Source: an uncultured Actinomycetes bacterium (GTDB lineage Bacteria > Actinomycetota > Acidimicrobiia > Acidimicrobiales > RAAP-2). Taken from it: DNA of 15,255 nt. Made by a program: the position numbers and the translations under genes. Positions 7,769 to 15,255 of the stretch are shown here, one piece after another; the first letter of the stretch is position 1; the number at the start of each line of letters is the position of its first letter. Location of the stretch: NCBI GenBank assembly GCA_903871335.1, contig CAIQGE010000038.1, positions 1-15,255 on the forward strand, given 5' to 3'. Below the pieces are notes generated by a model. It was not told where the DNA came from and made no database searches. It saw only the letters and a program-made list of their open reading frames with translations.

Positions 7769-8560
7769 ATGGGGTCTTTCGCCCGCGCGACGGCAGTGAC
7801 CTTTCGTGATGGACGTTACGAAGGAGAGATTCAGCCCCGATGGGACATCGCCGGTGACGCGAATGGTGGCTACCTCATGGCGATTGTCGCTCGAGCATTG
7901 TTGGACATGACGAGTCGAAGTGATCCCATCACGGTGACCGCTCACTTCTTGTCTCCTGGTCGTCCAGGTCGGGTGAGCATCGAAACGCACGAGGTCAAGT
8001 CCGGACGTCGGTTCGCCACGGCCACCGCGACGCTGCACAGTGAGGATCGTCCACTTCTCACGGTGTTGGGCACTTTTGGAGACCTACGGGAGACGAGTGT
8101 CCCGTTACGCGTTGACGGGACGCCGCCTGACGTACCTCCCCTCGACGAGTGCGTTCCCGTGATTGCCACCGAGACTTTTCCGCCTCCCTTCATGGGTCAA
8201 GTGGAACTTCGACTCCACCCAGACCAGGACCTCTCACCTCGTGCTCGATCCATCGGCAAGTCGGAGATCTCCGGTTGGTTTCGCTTGCGTGACGACGAGG
8301 AGATCACGACCACCGCGTTGCTGTGTGCGCTAGACGCTTTTCCGCCCACGATCTTCAACACCGATCTTCCGGTGGCGTGGACACCGACCATCGAACTCAC
8401 CGCACACCTGCGAGCTCGTCCCGTCCCCGGCTGGTTGCGATGTCGCTTTACGACGCGATTCATTACCGCCGGCATGCTCGAAGAAGACGGTGAGATTTGG
8501 GACGAGAGCGGCACCCTGGTGGCTCAGTCACGGCAGTTAGCACTGGTCCCACAGTCGTGA
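7769..8560 (+). CDS. Thioesterase-superfamily protein: a TesB-like double hot-dog acyl-CoA thioesterase family member.
   Basis: MGSFARATAVTF...WDIAGDANGGYLMAIVARAL... resembles the N-terminus of thioesterase-like double hot-dog proteins. The gene is 263 aa, the right size. The start ATG at 7769 is coupled to the MFS stop (TGAcgATG). The alternative GTG at 7715 would overlap the MFS gene by 52 bp. Confidence 0.65.
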   Translation: MGSFARATAVTFRDGRYEGEIQPRWDIAGDANGGYLMAIVARALLDMTSRSDPITVTAHFLSPGRPGRVSIETHEVKSGRRFATATATLHSEDRPLLTVLGTFGDLRETSVPLRVDGTPPDVPPLDECVPVIATETFPPPFMGQVELRLHPDQDLSPRARSIGKSEISGWFRLRDDEEITTTALLCALDAFPPTIFNTDLPVAWTPTIELTAHLRARPVPGWLRCRFTTRFITAGMLEEDGEIWDESGTLVAQSRQLALVPQS

Positions 8561-8686
8561 CCTTCACGTAGGAACCCCCGCACCAACTTCTTGTTGAACG
8601 CAGACCTCTGTTTTGCGGTCCTTTCTCGTCGTCGTAAACTGAAGCGTCGCGGGAGGAACGTGTACGTCTGCTCGAGCGTTGAAGAA

Positions 8687-9478
8687 ATGTTGACTCTCGA
8701 GAGAGTCGACGCCACGATTTTCCGCGGACAAAATGGTCCCGCGAGCCCGCGGCAGGCCCTTTACGGTGGCCAAGTGGCGGCGCAGTGCTTGATGGCGGCG
8801 GCGGCGACGGTGCCCGAAGGTAGATCTCCTCACTCACTGCACGGCTACTTCCTGCGACCGGGATCCGTCGACTTACCCGTCGTCATGGAAGTGGACCTCG
8901 ACCGTGATGGTCGAAGTTTCTCCGCTCGCCACGTCAACGCTCTCCAGAACGGGAAAGTGATCTTCTCGATGGTGGCCTCTTTTCACGAAGAGCGCCCGGA
9001 ACCTTCCTTTGACGCCGCGCCACGGCGAGAGGTTCCCGAGCCCAAGAAGGATCCGTCGTCGCACAGCTGGAACACGATCATCGACGTGATGGACGTCACG
9101 CCGTTCGACCTCGCGACCGGACGGTTCCCGGACTGTATGTGGGTCAAGACGACCGATCCTTTACCGAACGACCCCATCATGAATGCGGGTGCCTTGGTCT
9201 TCCTCTCGGATCTTGGTTCAGGTTTCGGGCAGGTAGATGCGGGACTTTCGGGACGCGGGGGTCCCAGCATCGATCACGCGATGTGGTTCCAGGAACCCAT
9301 TCGGGCCGATGAGTGGGTTCTCCTCGACCTCATTCCCGTCAAGGCATGGTCGGCGCGCGGGACCTATCACGGCTCGCTTCGCGATCAGAGCGGACGCCTC
9401 GGAGCCACGGTGTACCAGGAACATCTTCTGCTCCCCATGTCGGCACTTCGGCCTACTTCCCCGAGCCCAAACCCATAG
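8687..9478 (+). CDS. tesB: Acyl-CoA thioesterase II (TesB).
   Basis: MLTLERVDATIFRGQN...PRQALYGGQVAAQCLMAA...HSLHGYFLRPG...VDLDRDGRSFSARHVNALQNGKVIFSMVASFH aligns by eye with the E. coli TesB N-terminal hot-dog domain (LLTLLNLEKIEEGLFRGQS...FGGQVVGQAL...HSFHSYFLRPG...[21 protein letters not shown]). The start could alternatively be GTG 8661, which sits after GGGAGGAAC. Confidence 0.85.
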   Translation: MLTLERVDATIFRGQNGPASPRQALYGGQVAAQCLMAAAATVPEGRSPHSLHGYFLRPGSVDLPVVMEVDLDRDGRSFSARHVNALQNGKVIFSMVASFHEERPEPSFDAAPRREVPEPKKDPSSHSWNTIIDVMDVTPFDLATGRFPDCMWVKTTDPLPNDPIMNAGALVFLSDLGSGFGQVDAGLSGRGGPSIDHAMWFQEPIRADEWVLLDLIPVKAWSARGTYHGSLRDQSGRLGATVYQEHLLLPMSALRPTSPSPNP

Positions 9479-9597
9479 TTCCGTCGGGCCCATTTGAGCG
9501 CTGGATGTCGCAAAATCCGAACGTTCACGGGATGAATACTTTTTGTCCTACAGTGTCGTTTTGAGACCGATTTATCGAGCGGAACCCGGAGATAAAT

Positions 9598-11934
9598 ATG
9601 CAAGCCACCCGACCACTACTTAGATTCGGGCTGTGTACCGCGCTTGTGGTTTCAATCGGAACATTCGCGCTGACGCTGTCGGCAAGCGCGGTTCCCACTA
9701 GCTACTTGCCGCTTTACGGCACGACCGTGCCGGCCTCGTCGGCCACAACGGGAACCGGACAATTGAGTTCGATTAGTTGTGTGGACGCCACGCATTGTGA
9801 ATCGGTTGGCCTCTACGCAACGAACAACACTGGACCGCTGGGTGTCTACGCCCAGAGCATCGTCGCGGGAGTTGCCGGAACCCCGACGGCTCTTGCGTCG
9901 GGCGCGGATGATGCCAGTACGGCGCCTTCGATTTCCTGCTTTGACGCGAACGATTGTGTCGCTGTATTCGCCGTTGGTTCCGGCACCACCGCGACGACTG
10001 ACGTCGCCACGGAAACTTCAGGCTCGTGGTCAGTGACTTCGCCCTTCAGCGCACAAACTTTGGCGCAGGGAATTTCGTGCGTTGCGGCCTCGTCATTTTG
10101 CGCGGTCGTAGGTGAGTTGACGAACTCCAACCGTGCTTTCGGTGTCACCTTGTCCGCCGGCGCTTGGGGGACGATGCAGACCATTAATGACGTAGGTTCC
10201 CCGACGCACTCCACTGACTTGGTCAGTGTGTCGTGTTGGAGTGTTGGTAATTGCATGGCCGCGGGAAATTTCAATGTGGGAGCACCTTCGTATTTCGGAC
10301 GGTCTCCATTCGTTGCTGGACTGTCCAGCGGTTCGTGGATCGCAACACCTGGCGGCGGTTCCAATTCAGGCACCAATTCGTCGAGCTACAACTCGATTTC
10401 CTGTCCCTCCGCGACAACCTGTTTGACCGCTGGCACGTCTAATGGCATTGCGTTCACCCAAGAGTTCTACGGAACTCGCTGGTATTCGATAGATCTCGTT
10501 CAGCTGCCTACGAATTCGTACGTTCTATCCAACGCTTCGAGCGTGTCGTGCGTCGATGCGAGCGATTGCGTCGTCGTCGGTTCGTATCAAACTCAAACGC
10601 TGGGCGAACAAGCCTTCTATGGTTCAGACTCCATTACCAACGGCGATCTCAATGGCAATGTCCATGCAAATGTTGTCACCTCGCCTTATTCCGGCACCAT
10701 TGACCCCGTGGGCGTTCAGGCCTACTTGAATTCCGTTTCGTGTCCTTCGACATCGAATTGTGAGTTTGTGGGTAGTTACAACACGGACATCAATAGCGAT
10801 CCCACCCTGCCGGCATTTGGTGGTTCAGGAACGCCTCCTCCGAGCGCGCCGACCTCCCTGTCAGCCCTGCCCGGGAATCACTCGATCACGGTGTCCTGGT
10901 CCGCTCCGCTAGCGAATGGAAGTCCGAGCCCCACGAGTTACACGGCGTACGCCGGATCGAATTCGTGCACGACCAAGGGCCTCAGCTGTACGGTCACCGG
11001 TCTTATCAACGGCCAGACGTATCAAGTCACGGCTGCTGCTTCGAACGCCAAGGGTCAAGGGCCCGTTGCGGACGCAATCTCAGGATTTGCTGCCGGAGTT
11101 CCCGACCCGCCCACTGTCGTCTCGGTGGTACCGGGAGCGAAGTCCGCGCTCGTGACGATCGCTCCTCCGGCAAATAACAACGGCGCGCCAGTGACGAGCT
11201 ACACCTATTACTGGGCGGTTGGATCAAAGGTAACGATGGCGGGTTCCATCACTGGTCTGTCGTGGGATCTCGCTGGACTACCAAACGGCGCGACCGTTAG
11301 TTTCTACGCCACGGCGACGAATGTCACCGGTGCGAGCGCGCCGGCAACGCCCGTGACCGTCACGTTGCCCGAGCTAGCTGGTGCGCCCACCAACGTGGTA
11401 GCTATTGGAGCGGCGTCGACAATCACGGTGAGTTGGAACGCCAGTACCTTGGGCGCCACGGCGACCAGTTACACGGCGACCGCTACCGAACCTTCATTTG
11501 AGGGGTCTGGTTCTTTCACCTGCACAACTACAACAACCACTTGCACGATTACGGGTCTCGGCCTCCACAAGTCATTTTCTGTGACCGTCGCGGCGAACAA
11601 TGCCGTTGGGTCGAACGCGTCGAACAGCGTGCAGACATTTACAACCACCTCTCCAGTCGGGCCCCCTGGTGCAGTGACGGCTCTGACGGCGAAGGGCAGC
11701 AAGACCTCAATTGCCTTGAAGTGGAAGGCACCCAAGAATCACGGCGCGGGTATTGGGAATTACATCGTCTACGAGTACGTGAGTTCTGCCTGGGTGCAGG
11801 TGGCCACACCCGTCCTTGCGAATGTCAGTATTTCAAAGCTGTCGTCAAAGACGAGCTACAAGTTTGAGGTCGTGTCCTACGCGATGGACGGTCAAACTTC
11901 CAAGCCCGTCACCGTATCCAGCAAAACAACCTGA
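9598..11934 (+). CDS. Secreted repeat protein: signal peptide, seven Cys-pair blades (C-x5-6-C) and four tandem fibronectin-type-III domains. It is a paralog of the 249..2123 and 4507..5649 products.
   Basis: The ATG at 9598 is preceded by GGAGATAAAT. The signal peptide is MQATRPLLRFGLCTALVVSIGTFALTLSASA. First Cys of the pairs fall at aa 61, 114, 161, 213, 269, 318 and 382, a period of ~47-64 aa. Motifs include SISCVDATHCESVG, SISCFDANDCVAV, ISCVAASSFCAVVG, VSCWSVGNCMAAG, SISCPSATTCLTAG, SVSCVDASDCVVVGSY and SVSCPSTSNCEFVGSY. Four ~90-aa Fn3-like modules run from about nt 10850 to the stop. Confidence 0.9.
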   Translation: MQATRPLLRFGLCTALVVSIGTFALTLSASAVPTSYLPLYGTTVPASSATTGTGQLSSISCVDATHCESVGLYATNNTGPLGVYAQSIVAGVAGTPTALASGADDASTAPSISCFDANDCVAVFAVGSGTTATTDVATETSGSWSVTSPFSAQTLAQGISCVAASSFCAVVGELTNSNRAFGVTLSAGAWGTMQTINDVGSPTHSTDLVSVSCWSVGNCMAAGNFNVGAPSYFGRSPFVAGLSSGSWIATPGGGSNSGTNSSSYNSISCPSATTCLTAGTSNGIAFTQEFYGTRWYSIDLVQLPTNSYVLSNASSVSCVDASDCVVVGSYQTQTLGEQAFYGSDSITNGDLNGNVHANVVTSPYSGTIDPVGVQAYLNSVSCPSTSNCEFVGSYNTDINSDPTLPAFGGSGTPPPSAPTSLSALPGNHSITVSWSAPLANGSPSPTSYTAYAGSNSCTTKGLSCTVTGLINGQTYQVTAAASNAKGQGPVADAISGFAAGVPDPPTVVSVVPGAKSALVTIAPPANNNGAPVTSYTYYWAVGSKVTMAGSITGLSWDLAGLPNGATVSFYATATNVTGASAPATPVTVTLPELAGAPTNVVAIGAASTITVSWNASTLGATATSYTATATEPSFEGSGSFTCTTTTTTCTITGLGLHKSFSVTVAANNAVGSNASNSVQTFTTTSPVGPPGAVTALTAKGSKTSIALKWKAPKNHGAGIGNYIVYEYVSSAWVQVATPVLANVSISKLSSKTSYKFEVVSYAMDGQTSKPVTVSSKTT

Positions 11935-12065
11935 GATCGCAGTATCTCGGCTCGTTGGATTTGCGAAGGAACAGGACTTCGTGGTGGAAGTGCCGTCACC
12001 AGCCAATCGGCACTGCGCCGGATCGAGATGGTGCATGACTCCGGACGCGGGTAGCAGGTCGAGGC

Positions 12066-12086
12066 GCTTCACCGTGTGAAGCCTTT
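12066..12086 (+). terminator. Candidate intrinsic terminator for the Fn3 gene: 7-bp GC-rich stem GCTTCAC/GTGAAGC with a 3-nt loop followed by CTTT.
   Basis: The hairpin was read directly from the sequence. The U-tract is short, which is common in high-GC genomes but lowers confidence. Confidence 0.3.
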
Positions 12087-12242
12087 GAGAGGGTTGCACG
12101 TCTGTCTCGGCGACATTGACGAGTAAGAACCGCGACCCTACCGAGGTGTGGTTCGTCACATTCGGGCCTTGCAAAATTCACCAAAGTCATTGGTCCGTGT
12201 GGGCACGCTGTTCTACGCTGCGGAAGAGCCGAGGAGGTCGCC

Positions 12243-14063
12243 GTGTCCCTTTCAGTCTTGCGAACCGTACGTCGAGGAGTTCTTGCGGGATCTCTGCTTC
12301 TCGGTACCACACTCCTAGCGGCAGGAGAGGCTGCCGCTAGCGCGCCAACCTTTACCACGATCGCACAACTCCCTACTGCGATCGACAGTCATAACGAGTC
12401 CTTTGAATTTCACCCAGCTTTTCTTCCCAACGGACAACTGGCAGTCTTCGATACGTTCTTGAACACGATCTCGGTGATGAACGCGGACGGCACAGATCAG
12501 CAACCGATTGCAAGCTTGCCGCTCAATGTCGACGGATCGAACTTGATCTACGACACGTCATTGAAGGCACTGGCAATTGTTGCGGACCGGCCGACTATTT
12601 CTTCGACGCTTGAACTCTTCTCTCCCTCAGGAAGTCTGCTGGCCTCCTTGGACGTCTCCAGCACGGTGCAGAACGTCACGTCACTGGCCCAAGGTCCCGG
12701 TGGTGAAGTGCTCCTCGGTTCCACGACAGGCCTTTACGGCGTGAACGTACAAATGTCGTCAAGTTCACCCGCCGTCTACTCCCTCGGTAACTCGAACAAC
12801 ATTGCGAGTGGCCCTGTCACCGGTGCGGCCGCTACCTCGACGGACATTTTCGTCTGTACCACGGGGGCGATGCAGGAGTACACGGTGTCGGGTTCATTCG
12901 TAACGAATATTTCGGGGAACTCCGGTTGCTCGTCGCCGACGATTGACGGTGGCAGTCTGCTTGATTTCGCGGGGAGCACGACAATGCTCTTTACCCAAAA
13001 TCTTCAGAGCATGTCCATGTCGACCTTCGCGACCTCGACTCTGGCAACACTCGGTTACCAGTACGCACCCGGTTTCACGACGGGTTCGTACGAAGATCTT
13101 GCTGTCATGCCGAGCAACGTCGTTGGCGGCACGCCCGGTGGGTTGATTTTGTCGGAGTTGAATACCCAATCCATTCCGAACTCCGCGGGTCGTGCTCTCT
13201 TGCCACTCTTGTACGCCACCAATGCTTCGGGCGCGCTGGGTAGCTACAAGTGCATCGCGGTTGCCAGCACACCAAATGATCTTCGCTACGTCAACGTGAT
13301 TGCGAATCCGGTGGCAAATACCTTCGATTTCGTTGACCAATGGGGTGGCACAGTGACGCAGGTGTCATCTTCGGGCGCGCAAGCCACCAATATCATCTAC
13401 AACTACCGCGCACCTGATCTGCTGTCAACGGATCAGTTCGGTTATTACCCCGTTTCCGCGGCGATCGACGCGAAGAAGAAGTACCTGTTCACGCTCGACG
13501 CTATGAACCGTGTTCGACGATTTGCGTCAACTGGTGGGTCGGGCCTGCAGGGAGCGCTGCTGGCGACGCGTCAGGTCGCGGGGAGTCCGGGAAGCACCGT
13601 TCCGTTGCTCGCTACTTCTCTCGCTGTGAACAATTCCTTGGTCTACCTGGGATTCAACAATGATGTGTATTCCGAAACAGAGACGGGTAGTGCGCCGAAG
13701 CGTGTGCTCGCTGCTCCTCAATACGACACGATTGCCAGTATGAAGTCGGGGCCGAACGGCGACTTGTTGATCACCGCGACCGGTGCAGTGCCCGAACTCT
13801 ACGTGTACTCCTCAACCGGAAAACTGGTGAAGTCGATCAAGTGGTCGTTCGGGGAACCCGCGTCATCTGACATTGACAGTTCCGGTCACGTCTGGATTGT
13901 TTCTTCTACGGGCGATCTGTACGAGTCAACGTTGACGAGCTCAAGAGTGACGAAAGTTACAACCGGCAACTTCACGGATGTCGCGACGAGTTCGAACGGA
14001 ACGATCATGCTCGTTGAGCCCACCACAGTGGTCGCAACAACGGCGGTGCAACTCGGCCTGTAG
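12243..14063 (+). CDS. Secreted hypothetical repeat protein, probably a beta-propeller-like fold. Cys-poor, with an N-terminal signal peptide and a possible twin-arginine motif.
   Basis: The GTG start at 12243 is preceded by the strong SD GAGGAGG with a 5-nt spacer. The N-terminus MSLSVLRTVRRGVLAGSLLLGTTLLAAGEAAASA has an RR-x-V-L pattern followed by a hydrophobic stretch and an ASA cleavage site. Degenerate repeats such as GDLLITATG...LYVYSSTGKL and GHVWIVSSTGDLYES resemble NHL/YVTN-type blades. The ORF is 606 aa. Confidence 0.75.
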   Translation: MSLSVLRTVRRGVLAGSLLLGTTLLAAGEAAASAPTFTTIAQLPTAIDSHNESFEFHPAFLPNGQLAVFDTFLNTISVMNADGTDQQPIASLPLNVDGSNLIYDTSLKALAIVADRPTISSTLELFSPSGSLLASLDVSSTVQNVTSLAQGPGGEVLLGSTTGLYGVNVQMSSSSPAVYSLGNSNNIASGPVTGAAATSTDIFVCTTGAMQEYTVSGSFVTNISGNSGCSSPTIDGGSLLDFAGSTTMLFTQNLQSMSMSTFATSTLATLGYQYAPGFTTGSYEDLAVMPSNVVGGTPGGLILSELNTQSIPNSAGRALLPLLYATNASGALGSYKCIAVASTPNDLRYVNVIANPVANTFDFVDQWGGTVTQVSSSGAQATNIIYNYRAPDLLSTDQFGYYPVSAAIDAKKKYLFTLDAMNRVRRFASTGGSGLQGALLATRQVAGSPGSTVPLLATSLAVNNSLVYLGFNNDVYSETETGSAPKRVLAAPQYDTIASMKSGPNGDLLITATGAVPELYVYSSTGKLVKSIKWSFGEPASSDIDSSGHVWIVSSTGDLYESTLTSSRVTKVTTGNFTDVATSSNGTIMLVEPTTVVATTAVQLGL

Positions 14064-14453
14064 GCAGAAGATTGTCGGTCGATCTTCGAATGCCGAGGTG
14101 ATCCGAAGAAGATCCGTCATCCCATACTTTGGCGGGAAAACAGGAGACTCGGGAAGCACTGCATCGAATGAGTACGCGGGGAAGCATCAACGACGGTGCG
14201 GTGGACGTCGCGGCGACGTAGATCCGAGAATTAACAAGTGGAGTCAGGTTCAGCAGGCACACTCAGCAACCCGACACGCGAATGCGACTTGACCGATGAC
14301 TCTTCGGACCAAAATGGATGTGAGCTATGACACTGGAATATGAATGAGGGCTGGACCCGAAACCTGCAAATGGTTCTTGAAGTTGCTAGCGGGTAGTGAC
14401 TCCTCTTGTATCCGGCGGAGACATGGCCGTCATGTCGCAGCCGAGGCATCTTG

Positions 14454-14825
14454 ATGATTTCCGCGCTGGCTGGAGTCGCCATTCTCGCTAGCCTTATCCT
14501 CCTACCGTGGTTCGCTGTTCGATCGATTGACCCGATCCTTTCTTTCGACGGCGCGGTGTCTGCCAACGTCAGTGGGGGACTATGTGTCACTGTGTTTTGG
14601 TTCCCCATATTTGCTGTCACGAGACCTATGGCACGTGTCACGGTGAACCGTGACGGCTTACTCCTCCGGCCTATTTGGGGACTCCCACCGATTATCGCGG
14701 TCAGGTGGACCGACATGAGTTACGTAGAGGTCAAACTGGGGAAGATTCGATTTTCTCCTCCGAACCGCCGGTGGTGCAGGTTGTGGTTGGCTGGCTTGCC
14801 ACCGCTCTCGCTCGGTGACGAATGA
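14454..14825 (+). CDS. Small membrane protein with two TM helices followed by a beta-rich domain, possibly a bacterial PH-like domain. Hypothetical.
   Basis: The track ORF 14406..14825 starts with TTG. The internal ATG at 14454 (MISALAGVAILASLILLPWFAV) has GAGG 7 nt upstream. A second hydrophobic segment is LCVTVFWFPIFAV. The C-terminal part RVTVNRDGLLLRP...VRWTDMSYVEVKLGK is PH-domain-like. The region has lower GC and weak codon bias. Confidence 0.35.
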   Translation: MISALAGVAILASLILLPWFAVRSIDPILSFDGAVSANVSGGLCVTVFWFPIFAVTRPMARVTVNRDGLLLRPIWGLPPIIAVRWTDMSYVEVKLGKIRFSPPNRRWCRLWLAGLPPLSLGDE

Positions 14826-14884
14826 TCATCCGTCGTGTCGCAGGGCACACGTGACGAGGCGTCAGTGACTGAGATCAACTAGAC

Positions 14885-14972
14885 CAAAAAATGAGGGGCT
14901 CTACATTGGGAAGTCAGTCGGATCGAAACTCGCCTCGCAGAGGCGCCTCGTGCGGGTCTGTCCGATTTTTTG
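14885..14972. other. Structured element: the 8-bp A/T arms CAAAAAAT and ATTTTTTG bracket a ~70-nt GC-rich core. The core contains a 6-bp hairpin (CGCCTC-gca-GAGGCG) and the 10-bp palindrome GAGGCGCCTC. It may be a bidirectional terminator or a small structured RNA.
   Basis: The inverted 8-mers are at 14885..14892 and 14965..14972, the hairpin at 14931..14945 and a T6 run at 14966..14971. All were read directly from the sequence. Confidence 0.25.
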
Positions 14973-15114
14973 TGTAAGTGACGTGATCGGGTGCACTGCC
15001 TAGTTGAAGCGATCGCCGTAGTGGATGGCGAGAGTGTTGAGGACACTCTTCCAGTTTCGCACGCGGCCGACGACATTGCCGCCTCTTCCGTTGGTTCTTC
15101 GGATCGTGAGATAG

Positions 15115-15255
15115 AGGAACTTCGGATTTGCGCGTGGTTTTGAGATTTGATCGGTCGGTTGTGGCTTAGGAGTTAGCGAAGAGCGGGGGCTCTGCAAGTC
15201 TGTTGGTTCTCTACACCTACAGATTGGAAGAACCCCCGTGATCACGGACCCTACC
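15115..15255. repeat. Right terminal inverted repeat, partner of 1..141 (palindrome CCGTGATCACGG at 15236..15247).
   Basis: Same comparison as for the left repeat. Both shared-prefix ORFs (11..193 + and 15000..15245 -) diverge exactly at the repeat boundary. Confidence 0.95.

Noticed and set aside
9846-10376. 176-aa minus-strand ORF and several 60-90-aa ORFs inside the 778-aa Fn3 gene. The same applies to 12894..13340 (-) inside the 606-aa gene.
   Set aside because: They are antisense to strongly supported secreted-protein genes and have no independent signals.
249-11934. CRISPR array or DNA-level tandem repeats suggested by the recurring motifs.
   Set aside because: The periodicity is at the protein level, as degenerate ~50-aa blades. 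There are no regularly spaced identical DNA direct repeats with unique spacers anywhere in the window.
14231-14716. 161-aa minus-strand ORF in the right tail.
   Set aside because: It overlaps the slightly better-supported membrane ORF on the plus strand. It is Arg/Ser-rich with no start signal. Neither ORF is strong, but this one has no protein-like features.

Overview
The window is high-GC and looks actinobacterial (judged by eye, GC not computed). Its two ends are exact reverse complements of each other over exactly 141 bp (1..141 versus 15115..15255). Between these repeats I see no transposase, recombinase, replication gene, tRNA, rRNA or CRISPR array. The genes are arranged as a mirror around position ~6320: everything to the left is on the minus strand and everything to the right is on the plus strand.

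Left arm, 5'->3' on the minus strand:
- a secreted protein with seven Cys-pair BNR-type blades (380 aa)
- a small two-helix membrane ORF
- a truncated NfeD-like OB-fold gene followed by a flotillin (SPFH) gene
- a secreted protein with seven Cys-pair blades plus two Fn3 domains (624 aa)
- an HxlR-family regulator next to the centre

Right arm, on the plus strand:
- a DHA2-type MFS transporter, translationally coupled to a TesB-like thioesterase, followed by a canonical TesB
- a secreted protein with seven Cys-pair blades plus four Fn3 domains (778 aa)
- a Cys-poor secreted repeat protein with a Tat-like signal (606 aa)
- a low-density ~1.2 kb tail with a small membrane ORF and an A6/T6-bracketed structured element

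The most striking content is the family of three paralogous secreted proteins. Each carries seven blades, each blade with a conserved C-x4-7-C pair. The 380-aa member retains canonical Asp-box motifs (S-x-D-G-G-x-T-W). I therefore read them as disulfide-per-blade BNR/Ycf48-like seven-bladed beta-propellers, a variant I do not recognise as a described family. They sit around a flotillin operon.

The 141-bp terminal inverted repeat equals the default largest k-mer of a common de Bruijn assembler. It may therefore mark a contig bounded by inverted copies of a longer repeat rather than a self-contained mobile element.

Coordinates of internal start codons were derived by codon arithmetic from the ORF track.
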